Shown here in pieces: positions 18,137 through 28,165 of a DNA stretch of 48,299 bases. The first letter of the stretch is position 1. Every line of letters begins with the position of its first letter. A program made the translations under genes and the position numbers. The notes under the pieces are model-generated. The model was given only the letters and a program-made list of their open reading frames with translations, was not told the DNA's origin and searched no databases. Origin of the DNA: a virus (Duplodnaviria > Caudoviricetes); IMG/VR virus record IMGVR_UViG_3300033485_000024, positions 1 to 48,299 of that record, one strand, 5' to 3'.

Positions 18137-18345
18137 AAACATACTTTGAGATCGAAGTCTTTGGTTTTTGCATATCCACTGGCGAGCCGCGCATCCAACA
18201 TCATTCGGTGCTAAATATCTCAAAAACGCTTAACTCAGATGAGATTGATATATCCAAGCAGGCCGCCATAGAATCGGCTAAATTGACAGAAGATTTTGAG
18301 CCGAATTTTGCCCGGATTACGTACCACATAGTCCTAAACTCATAA
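18133..18345 (+). CDS. Hypothetical protein
   Basis: ATGA coupling with the head gene. Confidence 0.5.
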   Translation: MKTYFEIEVFGFCISTGEPRIQHHSVLNISKTLNSDEIDISKQAAIESAKLTEDFEPNFARITYHIVLNS

Positions 18346-18354
18346 GCTACAGAA

Positions 18355-18726
18355 ATGGAGCATTGTATGAAGAAAGTTATTTTGCTGATTGCGCTGTTTT
18401 TGCTATGCGTCACTCCCCTAAAAGCCGCCGCCCCCGCGCCGGATATTGTCTGGATTGGCGGAAACTCAAGCGGACAATTTGCCTACCTAACCCTTGACGG
18501 CAACATTTTAGAACTAGCAACACAAGGGGCGCAACACAACGTCATCACCGTGCAATGGCTCAAGGCCGCGCCGTCTCAAGTCGCCGTAACCGCTTGCGGT
18601 AGTTATGTCTACACCGTCGCCATTGTGGACGGCGCAACGCAGGCACAGCGGTTCGACCTGGGCGAGATCGTCTTGCCCTGCGCGCCGGCCGCCGTGCAAA
18701 TCTGGCTACCGCTGACAACGCGCTAA
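18355..18726 (+). CDS. Secreted/signal-peptide protein
   Basis: MKKVILLIALFLLCVTPLKA signal peptide; C-terminal IWLPLTTR. Confidence 0.6.
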   Translation: MEHCMKKVILLIALFLLCVTPLKAAAPAPDIVWIGGNSSGQFAYLTLDGNILELATQGAQHNVITVQWLKAAPSQVAVTACGSYVYTVAIVDGATQAQRFDLGEIVLPCAPAAVQIWLPLTTR

Positions 18727-18992
18727 GAACTGCTAGTACGTCATTTTAGGCGACTCTAGCAAGCCGGTGGGGAATGCAGCGCAAAAAACGCCGTTTATTC
18801 CTGTCTAAATGGGGAATTTTTGACAGGCGTTTCGCGCGTTTCGGGCAAGTGGGGCAAGTCAGTCAAAAATGGCGTATTTTTTATAGTCTAATGGGGAAGA
18901 AACGCCGAAAACAACGATAAAAACGCACTAAAGCGCAAGCGTAGGAAGCCCGTAGCGCGGTGGGGAAGGGCATATTGGTGTATTGAATCATT

Positions 18993-19208
18993 ATGGGGGA
19001 TGAATTGAACCGCCAAAATAAGCAAAATGAAGACAACTGGCAAGTGGTGAAAGGCCGCGTCATTGCGGGGATTCTCTGCGAGGTCTCGGCGGACGGGCGG
19101 CGCTTGCGCTTCAAGAAGGGGCGGCGCGTCGAGATCGTGTGCATCAACGGGTTGGTCATCACGGAAAACGCCAACCCCTTGACACCCGCCAAACCGGATA
19201 TACAATAG
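18993..19208 (+). CDS. Hypothetical protein
   Basis: 71-aa ORF. Confidence 0.4.
   Translation: MGDELNRQNKQNEDNWQVVKGRVIAGILCEVSADGRRLRFKKGRRVEIVCINGLVITENANPLTPAKPDIQ
19179..19206 (+). promoter_or_regulatory. Sigma70-type promoter of a moron
   Basis: TTGACA-N16-TACAAT, 6 nt before ATG 19213 (near-leaderless). Confidence 0.55.
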
Positions 19209-19212
19209 GATT

Positions 19213-19611
19213 ATGAAATACGGATTCATATGCACCGACAAAGAAAAACTTGAATCAAAGTTCAGGGAAATGATCGCCAGAAAAACTTCTGACGGGCGAG
19301 ATTGGACGGTGCTTAATTTCGGTGTCAATGAAATCTGCACTGATTCCGATGGGATGTTTATACCTGAAAAACGCCATAAAGCTCACGCCGTCATACTACT
19401 GAACGATGCGCTCCAGGCCGAGGTGGGGGACTATGGTTTTGTCCCAAAGAGCTATGTACCCATCGCGGAATGGACAGAAGAGGAAGTGGTTGCCGACGAA
19501 GACGGTAGGCATAGATATTTGAATAAATTTATCTCACTTGACAACGGAATGACTTTCGCTATTCTTGGAACACGCATTGAAGATAAAGAAATCTGGAAGC
19601 GCATTTCATAA
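19213..19611 (+). CDS. Moron-like hypothetical protein
   Basis: AT-rich, with its own promoter and a downstream hairpin. Confidence 0.6.
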   Translation: MKYGFICTDKEKLESKFREMIARKTSDGRDWTVLNFGVNEICTDSDGMFIPEKRHKAHAVILLNDALQAEVGDYGFVPKSYVPIAEWTEEEVVADEDGRHRYLNKFISLDNGMTFAILGTRIEDKEIWKRIS

Positions 19612-19627
19612 AAATTAGCCGATAGGC

Positions 19628-19686
19628 AAACGCGCGGTTTTCAAACGCCAGCAGTGGACAATGTCCACTCTGGCGTTTTTGCGTTT
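19628..19686 (+). terminator. Hairpin/terminator before the capsid gene
   Basis: AAACGCCAG-CAGTGGAC-AAT-GTCCACT-CTGGCGTTTTT. Confidence 0.6.
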
Positions 19687-19699
19687 CTAGGGGGTTTGT

Positions 19700-22132
19700 A
19701 TGCCGTACACGAATTTACCAGAAAACTTATGGGGCAAGATGGATTCCTGCGTTGAGCAAGTGCAAGCGACGGGCAAGGACAAAGACGCCGCGATTGCTAT
19801 TTGCTACACTGTGCTGACGGAATCCTGTACCGCTATGCATAATTTAGCAACTCCGACCGAGCACTATGTCGAGGCGGAACTGACGCCGCAACCCGACACC
19901 GCCGGGCGCGTGTGGGATGTGACGATTTTGGGCCCCAGCACGCCCGCGGATTTGATCACAGTTCACGGGCGGGAATACGTCCGCAGCAAAAACGGGCGGC
20001 TCTATCTGGCGGAAGCCCTAAAAAACAGCGTGCAATTATGGGAAGGGTGCAAGGCTTATGACAATCACCTGACGGACGCCGAATTTGCCGAGCGCGCCGG
20101 GATGCGTTCCTTCCTGAGTGAAGGGGTGGGGATTATCACCGAACCGCATTATGACGCCGCCGCGCATTCCTTGTGTGGCGTGCTGAAAATCGTAGACGGC
20201 GACGCCGCGCAAAAGCTCCTGGACGCGCATAACCTGGGAGTCCTACAACACATTGGACTTAGTATTGACGCCTTCACGACCGAGGGCTTGCCGGTGACAA
20301 TCGAGGGACGGCAGTATGACACGGTCGAAGGCTTCGAGAAAGTTTTGAGCGTAGACATTGTAAGTCAACCGGCGGCGGGGGGACGGTTCAACCGCTTAAT
20401 TGCCGCCATTCAAAATAAACGGGAGGCAATGAATATGGATGAAGAACAACTGAAAGCAATGATTGCCGCCATTGTCGCGGAAACCCTCGCCGCGCTGGGC
20501 GTCAAAACCGCACCGTCTGTGGACGGCGCGCCGGAAATGGAGGCCGCTAACCCGGACGCGGAAAAGGCCGCGCAAGTGGTAGCGGACGCCGCGCAACAGG
20601 CCATCGCCGACGCTGGCCCGGAGGCGACTCCGGCGGAAGTGGTACAGGCCGCCGCCGCCGCCGCGCAACAGATCGCAGCGACCATCGTCAAAGACTTGAC
20701 CGGTGAGGCGACGGAAGGCCGCGCGCATACCGACGAAAAGCGGGCGGATGAACGGCTACGCCTCTTGGAGTGCAAGCTGCTCCTGCGGGAACGGTTGGAC
20801 GCCGCGAAATTGCCGGAAGGCGCGCGCGGCATTGTCGAGACGGCCTTCTCTGGGCGCGCCTTTGAAAGCAAGGAGTTGGATATGGTCATCAAGAGTGCAA
20901 AGGCCGCGCAGGCCGCCGCCGACCCTTCGGGGCGCGTGACGGGCTTGGGTGGGCTTACATATATGCTCGACGAGTCAGACCAACGGGCTATCGGCTTTAT
21001 GGAAGCCGTGTGGGGACAGCGCGCCTTGCGCGCCCTGGAAAGCAACGATGCGCACTATGTCAAGGAACGGTTGCCGGAGTGGTTTAACTCCTATGTCCGC
21101 GCCGGTCGCCCTTCCTACCGCTCCAACAGCCTGCATCCATTGCTGGATTGGTACTCGCAGGTGGTCAAAGACCCCTTGCACCCCCGCACGACCGAGGCCA
21201 ATGACGTGGGCAGTATCACCAAAAACGCCTTGAACGTGATGTTAGCCTCAGCTTACAGCGCGCGCGCCGAATGGTGGGCGCCCATTGTCCGTGAGGAAGA
21301 AGTCACAAACATCAACGACACGACCCTGGTGCGGCAGTACGGCTTCTCGAACCTGGACATTGTGGCGGAAGGCGCAGCCTACACGCAAACCGATATGAGC
21401 GACGCCGAGGAAACCGCAAGCTTTGTGAAGCACGGGAATTACGTGGGGGTCACGCTCGAAACGATGCTGAAAGACCAGGTAGGCGCGCTGCGTAATATCC
21501 CCACGATGATCGCCAATGCCTGGTACAACACCTTGAGCGCGAAAGTGGCGGCGGTCTTTACCACCAACACGGCGACCGGCCCGGTGCTGACCGATACCGG
21601 TGCGCTGTTCAATGCGACGGCGCTCACCTCGGCGGGCGGCCACGCCAACCTCCTGACGGCGGCCCTGAGCTTCACGGCTTACGGGGCAGCGCGCACCGCG
21701 ATGCTCAAGCAAACCGACAAGGTGTTGGGTGTCGGCAATCGGCTGTTGATCGAACCGCGCTACCTGCTTGTCCCGGTGGACCTGGAGACGACGGCGCTGC
21801 AAATCCGCAATTCCCAGTATCAGCCCGTCACCGGCAACAACGACGTGAACCCGTATTACCAGGCGTTTGACGTGGTGAAAGTCCCGGAATGGACGGACGT
21901 CACCGATTGGGCGTTAGTCGCTGACCCGCAACTCCACCCCGCGATCTTCCTGATTTTTGTGAATGGCTATCGCGTCCCGCAAATCATCACGGCGGGCGAC
22001 GAGGCTTCCGGTGCGGTGTTCTCTAATGACACCTGGCGGTATAAGGTGCGGCTGATGACGTACCGCTTCAGCCCCACTTATGATTGCGCACCCGTCGCCG
22101 ATTGGCGGCCTTTGCACAAGAACAACGTCTAA
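19700..22132 (+). CDS. Fused prohead protease/scaffold + major capsid protein (Mu gpT-like C-terminus)
   Basis: SKNGRLY..L, GLSID, SVDIVSQPAAGGRF protease-like motifs; Ala-rich scaffold; LDIVAEGAAY, LFNA..GHANL, PRYLLVPVDLE, DW.L capsid motifs. Confidence 0.88.
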   Translation: MPYTNLPENLWGKMDSCVEQVQATGKDKDAAIAICYTVLTESCTAMHNLATPTEHYVEAELTPQPDTAGRVWDVTILGPSTPADLITVHGREYVRSKNGRLYLAEALKNSVQLWEGCKAYDNHLTDAEFAERAGMRSFLSEGVGIITEPHYDAAAHSLCGVLKIVDGDAAQKLLDAHNLGVLQHIGLSIDAFTTEGLPVTIEGRQYDTVEGFEKVLSVDIVSQPAAGGRFNRLIAAIQNKREAMNMDEEQLKAMIAAIVAETLAALGVKTAPSVDGAPEMEAANPDAEKAAQVVADAAQQAIADAGPEATPAEVVQAAAAAAQQIAATIVKDLTGEATEGRAHTDEKRADERLRLLECKLLLRERLDAAKLPEGARGIVETAFSGRAFESKELDMVIKSAKAAQAAADPSGRVTGLGGLTYMLDESDQRAIGFMEAVWGQRALRALESNDAHYVKERLPEWFNSYVRAGRPSYRSNSLHPLLDWYSQVVKDPLHPRTTEANDVGSITKNALNVMLASAYSARAEWWAPIVREEEVTNINDTTLVRQYGFSNLDIVAEGAAYTQTDMSDAEETASFVKHGNYVGVTLETMLKDQVGALRNIPTMIANAWYNTLSAKVAAVFTTNTATGPVLTDTGALFNATALTSAGGHANLLTAALSFTAYGAARTAMLKQTDKVLGVGNRLLIEPRYLLVPVDLETTALQIRNSQYQPVTGNNDVNPYYQAFDVVKVPEWTDVTDWALVADPQLHPAIFLIFVNGYRVPQIITAGDEASGAVFSNDTWRYKVRLMTYRFSPTYDCAPVADWRPLHKNNV

Positions 22133-22142
22133 GGGGGTTGAA

Positions 22143-23720
22143 ATGAGCGATAAAACTAAACAGTATATCGCCTGGTGCATCATCGCGGTGGCGATTGTGG
22201 CGGCGGGCTTCCTGGGAGCGCGTTACCCTATTCCTGAACCGCCGCCGGATATGGCCGACATATATGTCCGGTTGCAATCCCTGGAAACCGCCGCGCCGGT
22301 CAATTTCTCGGCAACGGGCAGCGGGGAGGGCTATACCAACTTTACCTCCCTTAGCTTGTCGGAAGACCTGTATGTCGGAGATGACGCCAGCGTGATCGGG
22401 GATTTTGACGCCGGGACTTTCACCACCAATGGCGCAATGAACCTCAACAGCACTCTCGATGTAGACGGCGCGGTGACATTAAACAGCACCCTGGATGTAG
22501 ACGGCAACATTTCTAGCGGGACGGGCGGCGTGAGTATCACGGACGCTTTGATCGTCGGGGTAGATGGCACGAGCTACGATGTGACTTTCTATAGTGACAC
22601 CGCCGGCGATTACTTCCTATGGGATCAGGCCAACGAGACGCTTACCATTGTCGGCACTAACGGCCAGGACGCGCTCAACGTGGATGATGGGAATGTGGAC
22701 ATTGCCGACAATATAGACGTGGATGGCACAACGGCTCTCGACGATCTGAGCGTAGATGGCAACATCACCAGTGCGGCCGGCGCGGTCACGATCACCGATG
22801 CGCTGAATGTCGGCGTAGATGGCACTAGCTACGATGTGACTTTCTATAGCGACACGGCGGGCGATTTGTTCAAATGGGATCAGGCCACCGAAGCCTTGCT
22901 GATTACCGGCACAAATGGCCAGAACGCCTTAAGCGTGACCGACGGCAACGTAGACATTGTGGACACGCTGGATGTAGATGGGGCGGTCACTTTCAACGGC
23001 ACGCTTGATGTGGACGGCAATATCAGCAGCGGCACAGGCGGGGTCAGTATCACCGATGCGTTGGTGGTGGGCGCGGACGGCACGAGTTATGACGTGACGT
23101 TTTTCAGCGATACCGCCGGCGATTATCTGCTGTGGGATCAGGCGAATGAAGCCCTCACGATCATCGGCACAAATGGGCAAGACGCGCTGAACATAGACGA
23201 TGGCAACGTAGACATCGCCGATGCGCTCGACGTAGACGGCGCGGTGACATTCAATTCGACGCTCGATGTGGACGGCAATGTGTCCAGCGGCACAGGGGCT
23301 TTCACCATTACCGACGATCTGGTAGTCACCGGCGCGAGCAACCTGCGCGGCGCATTGTCCAATAGCACCGGGGCGGTGACGGTCACGGATTCGCTGTACG
23401 TGACAGACACCGGGACGTTCGCCGGCCTACTGCTCGGCGGGTTTGCCAACGAGACCATCACCGACGGGGAGTGGTTGACCGCGACTGTAATGGTCTACGC
23501 TTTAGACAGCGGCGGCAATGTGACTATGACTCTCGGCGCGGTGGGATCGGAGGGGCAAACGCTGACCTTGATTGGAGACGACGCCAACACGATCACGATT
23601 GCCGACACCAACATCCGCACCAGCGACGGCAACGCCATCACGTTGGGGCAGTATGACGTGGCGATGTTCGTCTATCAGGACAGCGAGTGGTTAGAACTAC
23701 TCAAGATCGCAAATCAATAG
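22143..23720 (+). CDS. N-terminally membrane-anchored acidic beta-solenoid repeat protein
   Basis: TM segment IAWCIIAVAIVAAGFLG; three 85-86-aa repeats containing LDVDG and YDVTFxSDTAGD. Confidence 0.7.
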   Translation: MSDKTKQYIAWCIIAVAIVAAGFLGARYPIPEPPPDMADIYVRLQSLETAAPVNFSATGSGEGYTNFTSLSLSEDLYVGDDASVIGDFDAGTFTTNGAMNLNSTLDVDGAVTLNSTLDVDGNISSGTGGVSITDALIVGVDGTSYDVTFYSDTAGDYFLWDQANETLTIVGTNGQDALNVDDGNVDIADNIDVDGTTALDDLSVDGNITSAAGAVTITDALNVGVDGTSYDVTFYSDTAGDLFKWDQATEALLITGTNGQNALSVTDGNVDIVDTLDVDGAVTFNGTLDVDGNISSGTGGVSITDALVVGADGTSYDVTFFSDTAGDYLLWDQANEALTIIGTNGQDALNIDDGNVDIADALDVDGAVTFNSTLDVDGNVSSGTGAFTITDDLVVTGASNLRGALSNSTGAVTVTDSLYVTDTGTFAGLLLGGFANETITDGEWLTATVMVYALDSGGNVTMTLGAVGSEGQTLTLIGDDANTITIADTNIRTSDGNAITLGQYDVAMFVYQDSEWLELLKIANQ

Positions 23721-23731
23721 GAGGCTAGAAG

Positions 23732-24091
23732 ATGAAGGAACGCATTATCACCCGTTATGAGTTTTTCAGCGGCACACTCAGCGCCAATGCCGTGCGCTAC
23801 GCTGAATATCCCTTTCCGGTGACGTACATCGGCGGCAAGGGCGCGGCCGAAAATGATTCATCGGCGACGGTAGCTATCAGCGGCGCGGCGGGCGGCCTGA
23901 GTATCGCCGCCAAAGTGTTGGGAGATTCGGGCGACCCGGCTTCACTTGACCCCACCGCTGCGGAAAAGGCCGGCACTTGCGGCAACAACGCCAACAGCTT
24001 GATTACCATCACCCTGGACTATGACGGATCTTCGGCGACGGCGGCGGCCAATTGCTGGTATGAACTGTACTTCGAGACCGGCGAGGCATAA
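23732..24091 (+). CDS. Putative virion structural/decoration protein
   Basis: GGAGG RBS; beta-rich; in the head operon. Confidence 0.5.
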   Translation: MKERIITRYEFFSGTLSANAVRYAEYPFPVTYIGGKGAAENDSSATVAISGAAGGLSIAAKVLGDSGDPASLDPTAAEKAGTCGNNANSLITITLDYDGSSATAAANCWYELYFETGEA

Positions 24092-24093
24092 CC

Positions 24094-25047
24094 TTGACGA
24101 CTATCGGCCTGGCGATGATTGTAAGAAATGGGGCGGCGACCATGCGCGCCGCCCTTGACCCTTTGGTTAAGTTTGTGGATGAAATTTCCATCGTATTCGG
24201 CGGCGTCTCTACCGATGACACCGAGGCGATTGCCGCCGAATACACTTCCAACCTGGCGCACTACACCGGCCCATTGGACGCCACGGGGCGCTTGTGTGAC
24301 TTCGGGGCAGCGCGCCAACAGGCTTCGGATATGTTGCATACCACTTGGCAGTTCTGGGTAGACGCCGATGACATCTGGACGGGCGCGGCACACCTACGCC
24401 CCGCCATCGAGAAGGCGGACGCCGCCGGGGTGGATGCCGTCGTGGTGACGTATGGCGACAATGTGCTTTTCCAACAGGCGCGGGCTTACCGGTCGGGCAC
24501 TGGCAAATGGGAATCCCCCATTCACGAGTTTTGGCAGTCCAATGACGGGCAGCCGCTTAAGGCGCTGATTACCCACGCGACGCAGGTTTCCCAACAATCG
24601 CGCAGCCCAGAGAAACAGCAAGAACGCATTCAACAGAATATCACCCTGGAACGCGCCGCGATTGCAATCGGGTATGACACCGCCCGGATTTATGAGCACC
24701 TGGCGCAGGACTGCATTATCATCGGCAATTACGCCGAAGCCGTCACCGCCGCCGAAACCGCTTTGACGAAAATCCAGAATAACCCGGAGCAGGCCGCCCA
24801 CGTGATGCACCTGTTGGCGATGGGCTTGCTCTATACGGAAAGGTATACCGAGGCGGCGACGACAGCTATTCAAGGAATGGCATTACGTGACTATGGTATT
24901 TTTTCGGCAATTCTGTGTGACGCCGTGCAAAAGCTGGGCGCGCCGCCGGATTTTGCCGCCTATCTAGGCCAGCGGGCTAAGAGCCTCCCGCAAAGTGTGA
25001 AATCATATGGATATGCCAATTTCGCCATCGGTAACACTGGCAAGTGA
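24094..25047 (+). CDS. GT2-family glycosyltransferase with a TPR-like C-terminus
   Basis: LAMIVRN, STDDT, DFGAAR, WVDADD (DxD), PIHE; helical C-terminus. Confidence 0.85.
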   Translation: MTTIGLAMIVRNGAATMRAALDPLVKFVDEISIVFGGVSTDDTEAIAAEYTSNLAHYTGPLDATGRLCDFGAARQQASDMLHTTWQFWVDADDIWTGAAHLRPAIEKADAAGVDAVVVTYGDNVLFQQARAYRSGTGKWESPIHEFWQSNDGQPLKALITHATQVSQQSRSPEKQQERIQQNITLERAAIAIGYDTARIYEHLAQDCIIIGNYAEAVTAAETALTKIQNNPEQAAHVMHLLAMGLLYTERYTEAATTAIQGMALRDYGIFSAILCDAVQKLGAPPDFAAYLGQRAKSLPQSVKSYGYANFAIGNTGK

Positions 25048-25291
25048 ATTTTTAGGCGTGAGCGCCGCACAGATCGCGACATCGCGCATTGAGGAAGATG
25101 GCACAATTGTTCTGTTGGTAGACTACGGGATCGGCGGCACTAAAAAGCACCGGGTCAACCCGGCGGACTTACCTCAACCCAAACCGGAAACTCCGCCGAC
25201 TGCGCCGCCGCCGGCAGCGCCGCCAGTTGTCAGTGTTGCGCCGCAACCGGCGCTTATAAAATCCAAACCACCCCGCAAGGCACGGAGGTAA
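25007..25291 (+). CDS. Hypothetical protein with a Pro/Lys-rich tail
   Basis: Coupled ORF. Confidence 0.55.
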   Translation: MDMPISPSVTLASEFLGVSAAQIATSRIEEDGTIVLLVDYGIGGTKKHRVNPADLPQPKPETPPTAPPPAAPPVVSVAPQPALIKSKPPRKARR

Positions 25292-25292
25292 T

Positions 25293-25703
25293 ATGTCGGG
25301 ATATACTTTAGGCAGTGGGGCCACTACGCTCATCAGCGCCGCGCAGAATCTAACCAATGCCTGGGCTGATTTGGGCGGCGAAATCGAAACGACCGGCGTC
25401 AATGAAATCGGCGTGTTTTTGGAAGTGGATATTAACGATAGCGCCAACGTCCGCGCGCGGGCCTTGTGCAAAACGGCACTGGCCGCGACCAATGAATTTA
25501 CGCTCCCCATAAAAACAGTAGGGGCGTCGGCGGTATCGGTCGAAGCTGAGTATATGGAATTGAACGTAGACGCCGATCAAAAAATCCTACTCCCCTTTGC
25601 GTTGTCCCGGTTAGTCCCGGTAGTGCAAATCCAGATAATGGCGGGCACAGTCGGCACTACCTCCGGGCAAATAGATAGCGCGGTGTATACCCTGGAGTTC
25701 TAA
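25293..25703 (+). CDS. Putative virion protein
   Basis: GGAGG RBS; beta-rich. Confidence 0.55.
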   Translation: MSGYTLGSGATTLISAAQNLTNAWADLGGEIETTGVNEIGVFLEVDINDSANVRARALCKTALAATNEFTLPIKTVGASAVSVEAEYMELNVDADQKILLPFALSRLVPVVQIQIMAGTVGTTSGQIDSAVYTLEF

Positions 25704-25704
25704 A

Positions 25705-26880
25705 ATGGCCGGGAGTATCGGGTACGTCAATATCCCCTATCTGGAAAATGTCAGTTATGTGGACTTTGCTACTGGCGTTTCTCCGGAGTTTGCCATTGGG
25801 CGCGCCTATTGGGATGATACGGACGATACTATTTCCATTGATCAGGTGGGAGGGGATTATCCGGTAATACAACAGGTGGGGCAAGAGAACCAGGTATTGG
25901 TGCGGAATAATACCGACGCCGATTGGCCTAACGGGGCTGTGGTTTATCCGGTGGGGAGTGTATCCTATCGCCCGACCGGGGCGTTATCGCAGGCAAATGC
26001 CATCGGCACGGCGTTGGCGCGGGGTATCGCCACAATGCCTATCCCCAAGAATACTGAGGGGTTTGTCTGTACCTATGGGATGGTGCGCGGATTTGACACG
26101 CAATCGCCCGGATGGGCGGAAGGCGACTTTTTGTATTTGTCGCCCACTGTGGCCGGAGGGTTACAGAACACGCCGCCCACCAGCGGCTTTACCCTGTGGT
26201 GTGCTTATGTCTTGCGCCGCCACCCTACTGATGGTGTCATCTTTTTTGTGCCTGCGCCGCGCCCGTCTTTTGGTAATGTCGCCGGGGGGAACTACACGGC
26301 TTGGGATTACACCGGCACGGGGCAGGCGTTTGGTACAGCCACCTGTTACCGGGATGAATTGCAAAGCGTTACCGGCGCGCAGATTACCAGTCCCGCCGGG
26401 GATTTTCAGCAAAACATTGCCGAGGCCAGCGTGACCGCCAAAGCCAGCGCGCGCTATCCGACAGACTACATCACTACGAACTGGCAACTGAACCACGATT
26501 GGGCGTCCGGGACGGCTATTAGCCCACACCTTCATTGGTGGCAAACTGAAGCGGATATGCCTAACTGGTTGCTGGCTTACCGTTGGCAAAAACAAGGAGC
26601 GGCCAAGACCACCGCCTGGACTGAAGTGCTGTGGTCAAACAACAAATCCGTATGGACAACCGGGACGCTTAATCAAATCACGGCCTTTACCGACATTGCC
26701 GCGCCAGTCGGGTATGGGCAACTCAGCGACATTGTGCAAATCCGCTTGTACCGGGATGTTACCAATGTCTCCACAAAATTTGGCGGGGCTGAAGCCTCAC
26801 CGCTCAACCAGGACATTGTGAATCTGGACACGCATATCCTGATAGATATGCTCGGCAGTCACGAGGAGTATACCAAATGA
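25705..26880 (+). CDS. Putative virion fibre/decoration protein
   Basis: VRNNT..GAVVY, G.V.TYG.VRG.DT, GD.LYLSPTVAGGL segment typical of phage fibre/decoration proteins. Confidence 0.6.
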   Translation: MAGSIGYVNIPYLENVSYVDFATGVSPEFAIGRAYWDDTDDTISIDQVGGDYPVIQQVGQENQVLVRNNTDADWPNGAVVYPVGSVSYRPTGALSQANAIGTALARGIATMPIPKNTEGFVCTYGMVRGFDTQSPGWAEGDFLYLSPTVAGGLQNTPPTSGFTLWCAYVLRRHPTDGVIFFVPAPRPSFGNVAGGNYTAWDYTGTGQAFGTATCYRDELQSVTGAQITSPAGDFQQNIAEASVTAKASARYPTDYITTNWQLNHDWASGTAISPHLHWWQTEADMPNWLLAYRWQKQGAAKTTAWTEVLWSNNKSVWTTGTLNQITAFTDIAAPVGYGQLSDIVQIRLYRDVTNVSTKFGGAEASPLNQDIVNLDTHILIDMLGSHEEYTK

Positions 26881-27614
26881 CCTCATTTGCAATGAGCGCC
26901 TTTGTCGCTACCGTGCAAGTGCTGATTAAGGCCTCGGATTCTACCGAAGACCTGAGTAGCACGGATTTACAGACGCCGATCAAAGACGCGCTGGCGAGCT
27001 ATGGCGTGAATTTCCCGGACATCAAAGCCCTGGACGTGACGGGGGATGGCGGGATTTATTACGACTTTGCCAGCTTCACCGGGTGGAGCGACGGCTTTTC
27101 CCAAGTGCTATCAGTAGAATACCCGGCGGCCACGATTGCCAGCGACGAAACCCCGACCTTCCTGGAAAACACGGATTATGATACTGACTATTGGTCAGGC
27201 ACTACTCATTATCTGCGCTTCATCTCGGCCAGCCCGGCGGCGACTGAGGCTTTCAGAATCCGCTTCACATTGCCTTATGCGTTTTCCGGCACAGTCTCGG
27301 CGGTGGACATTCCCAACGAGCATTATTACCCCCTCAGCAAGCTGGCGGCCTGCTATGCGTGCCGGGCGATTGCGGCTAAATTTTCGCGCATCGGCGACAG
27401 TCCCTTAGGGGTAGATAGCGCCGCCAACACCACGAAAGCGCAGGAATTTAGCGCACGCGGTGCGGAGTATTGTAAATCCTACCGCCTGGATATGGGACTG
27501 CCGGACGCCGACGCCACTACCGGGCGGCAGAAAGCAGCCTCGGCTTTCGCCAACCTCGACACCTGCCCTGAATGGCAACCGGGGCGGCAATACATATTTC
27601 ATCGGGGGCGCTGA
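26877..27614 (+). CDS. Putative head-tail adaptor
   Basis: Position in the operon; IP..HYYPL..LAAC pattern. Confidence 0.5.
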   Translation: MTSFAMSAFVATVQVLIKASDSTEDLSSTDLQTPIKDALASYGVNFPDIKALDVTGDGGIYYDFASFTGWSDGFSQVLSVEYPAATIASDETPTFLENTDYDTDYWSGTTHYLRFISASPAATEAFRIRFTLPYAFSGTVSAVDIPNEHYYPLSKLAACYACRAIAAKFSRIGDSPLGVDSAANTTKAQEFSARGAEYCKSYRLDMGLPDADATTGRQKAASAFANLDTCPEWQPGRQYIFHRGR

Positions 27615-28165
27615 TGGCTTACGACGCGGCCTTTTTTCAGCATTACACCGGCGGGGCTTACACTCGTGATAATCCCCACTGGGGGCGGTTTTTCGGCGGC
27701 CTGGCGCAATTCATCGCGGACTTCATCCGGCCTACGCTGGCCATTGAGGTGGGGTGCGCCATTGGGATTTTGTTGGACGCACTCCAATCACGCGGGATTT
27801 CGGCCACTGGCTTTGACATTTCGGAGTATGCCGTGTCACAATGCCGGGCGGGAATAGCGTGGGTGGGGGATGTCGCGGACGCCGCCGCCTATCCGCAGGG
27901 GGTACGCGCCGATCTGGTCATCTGCCTGGAGGTCTTGGAGCATATCCCGCCGGAACGCACGGCGACGGCGCTGGATAACCTCTGTAATGCCGGGGACGCG
28001 CTCTTATTCTCCTCCACGCCGCACGACACAACCGAACCCACCCATTGCAATGTGCATCCGGTAGGCTTCTGGATTGCGGAATTTGCGCGGCGCGGCTTTA
28101 CCCGCAAGCCATTACTCGAACCGGCGGGCTTGATTCCCTGGGGGCTGTACTTTGAGCGAGCTTAG
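27614..28165 (+). CDS. Class I SAM-dependent methyltransferase
   Basis: IEVGCAIG, GFDISEYA, DLVICLEVLEH, H.NV..FW. Confidence 0.88.
   Translation: MAYDAAFFQHYTGGAYTRDNPHWGRFFGGLAQFIADFIRPTLAIEVGCAIGILLDALQSRGISATGFDISEYAVSQCRAGIAWVGDVADAAAYPQGVRADLVICLEVLEHIPPERTATALDNLCNAGDALLFSSTPHDTTEPTHCNVHPVGFWIAEFARRGFTRKPLLEPAGLIPWGLYFERA

Noticed and set aside
18730-18990. Non-coding gap with A/T-tracts and AAAACGCCG repeats
   Set aside because: I could not identify a consistent structure or motif; it may be a packaging or regulatory site but this is unsupported.
22430-23310. Diversity-generating retroelement template/variable repeats
   Set aside because: Differences between repeats are not adenine-specific and no reverse transcriptase is present; these are ordinary protein repeats.
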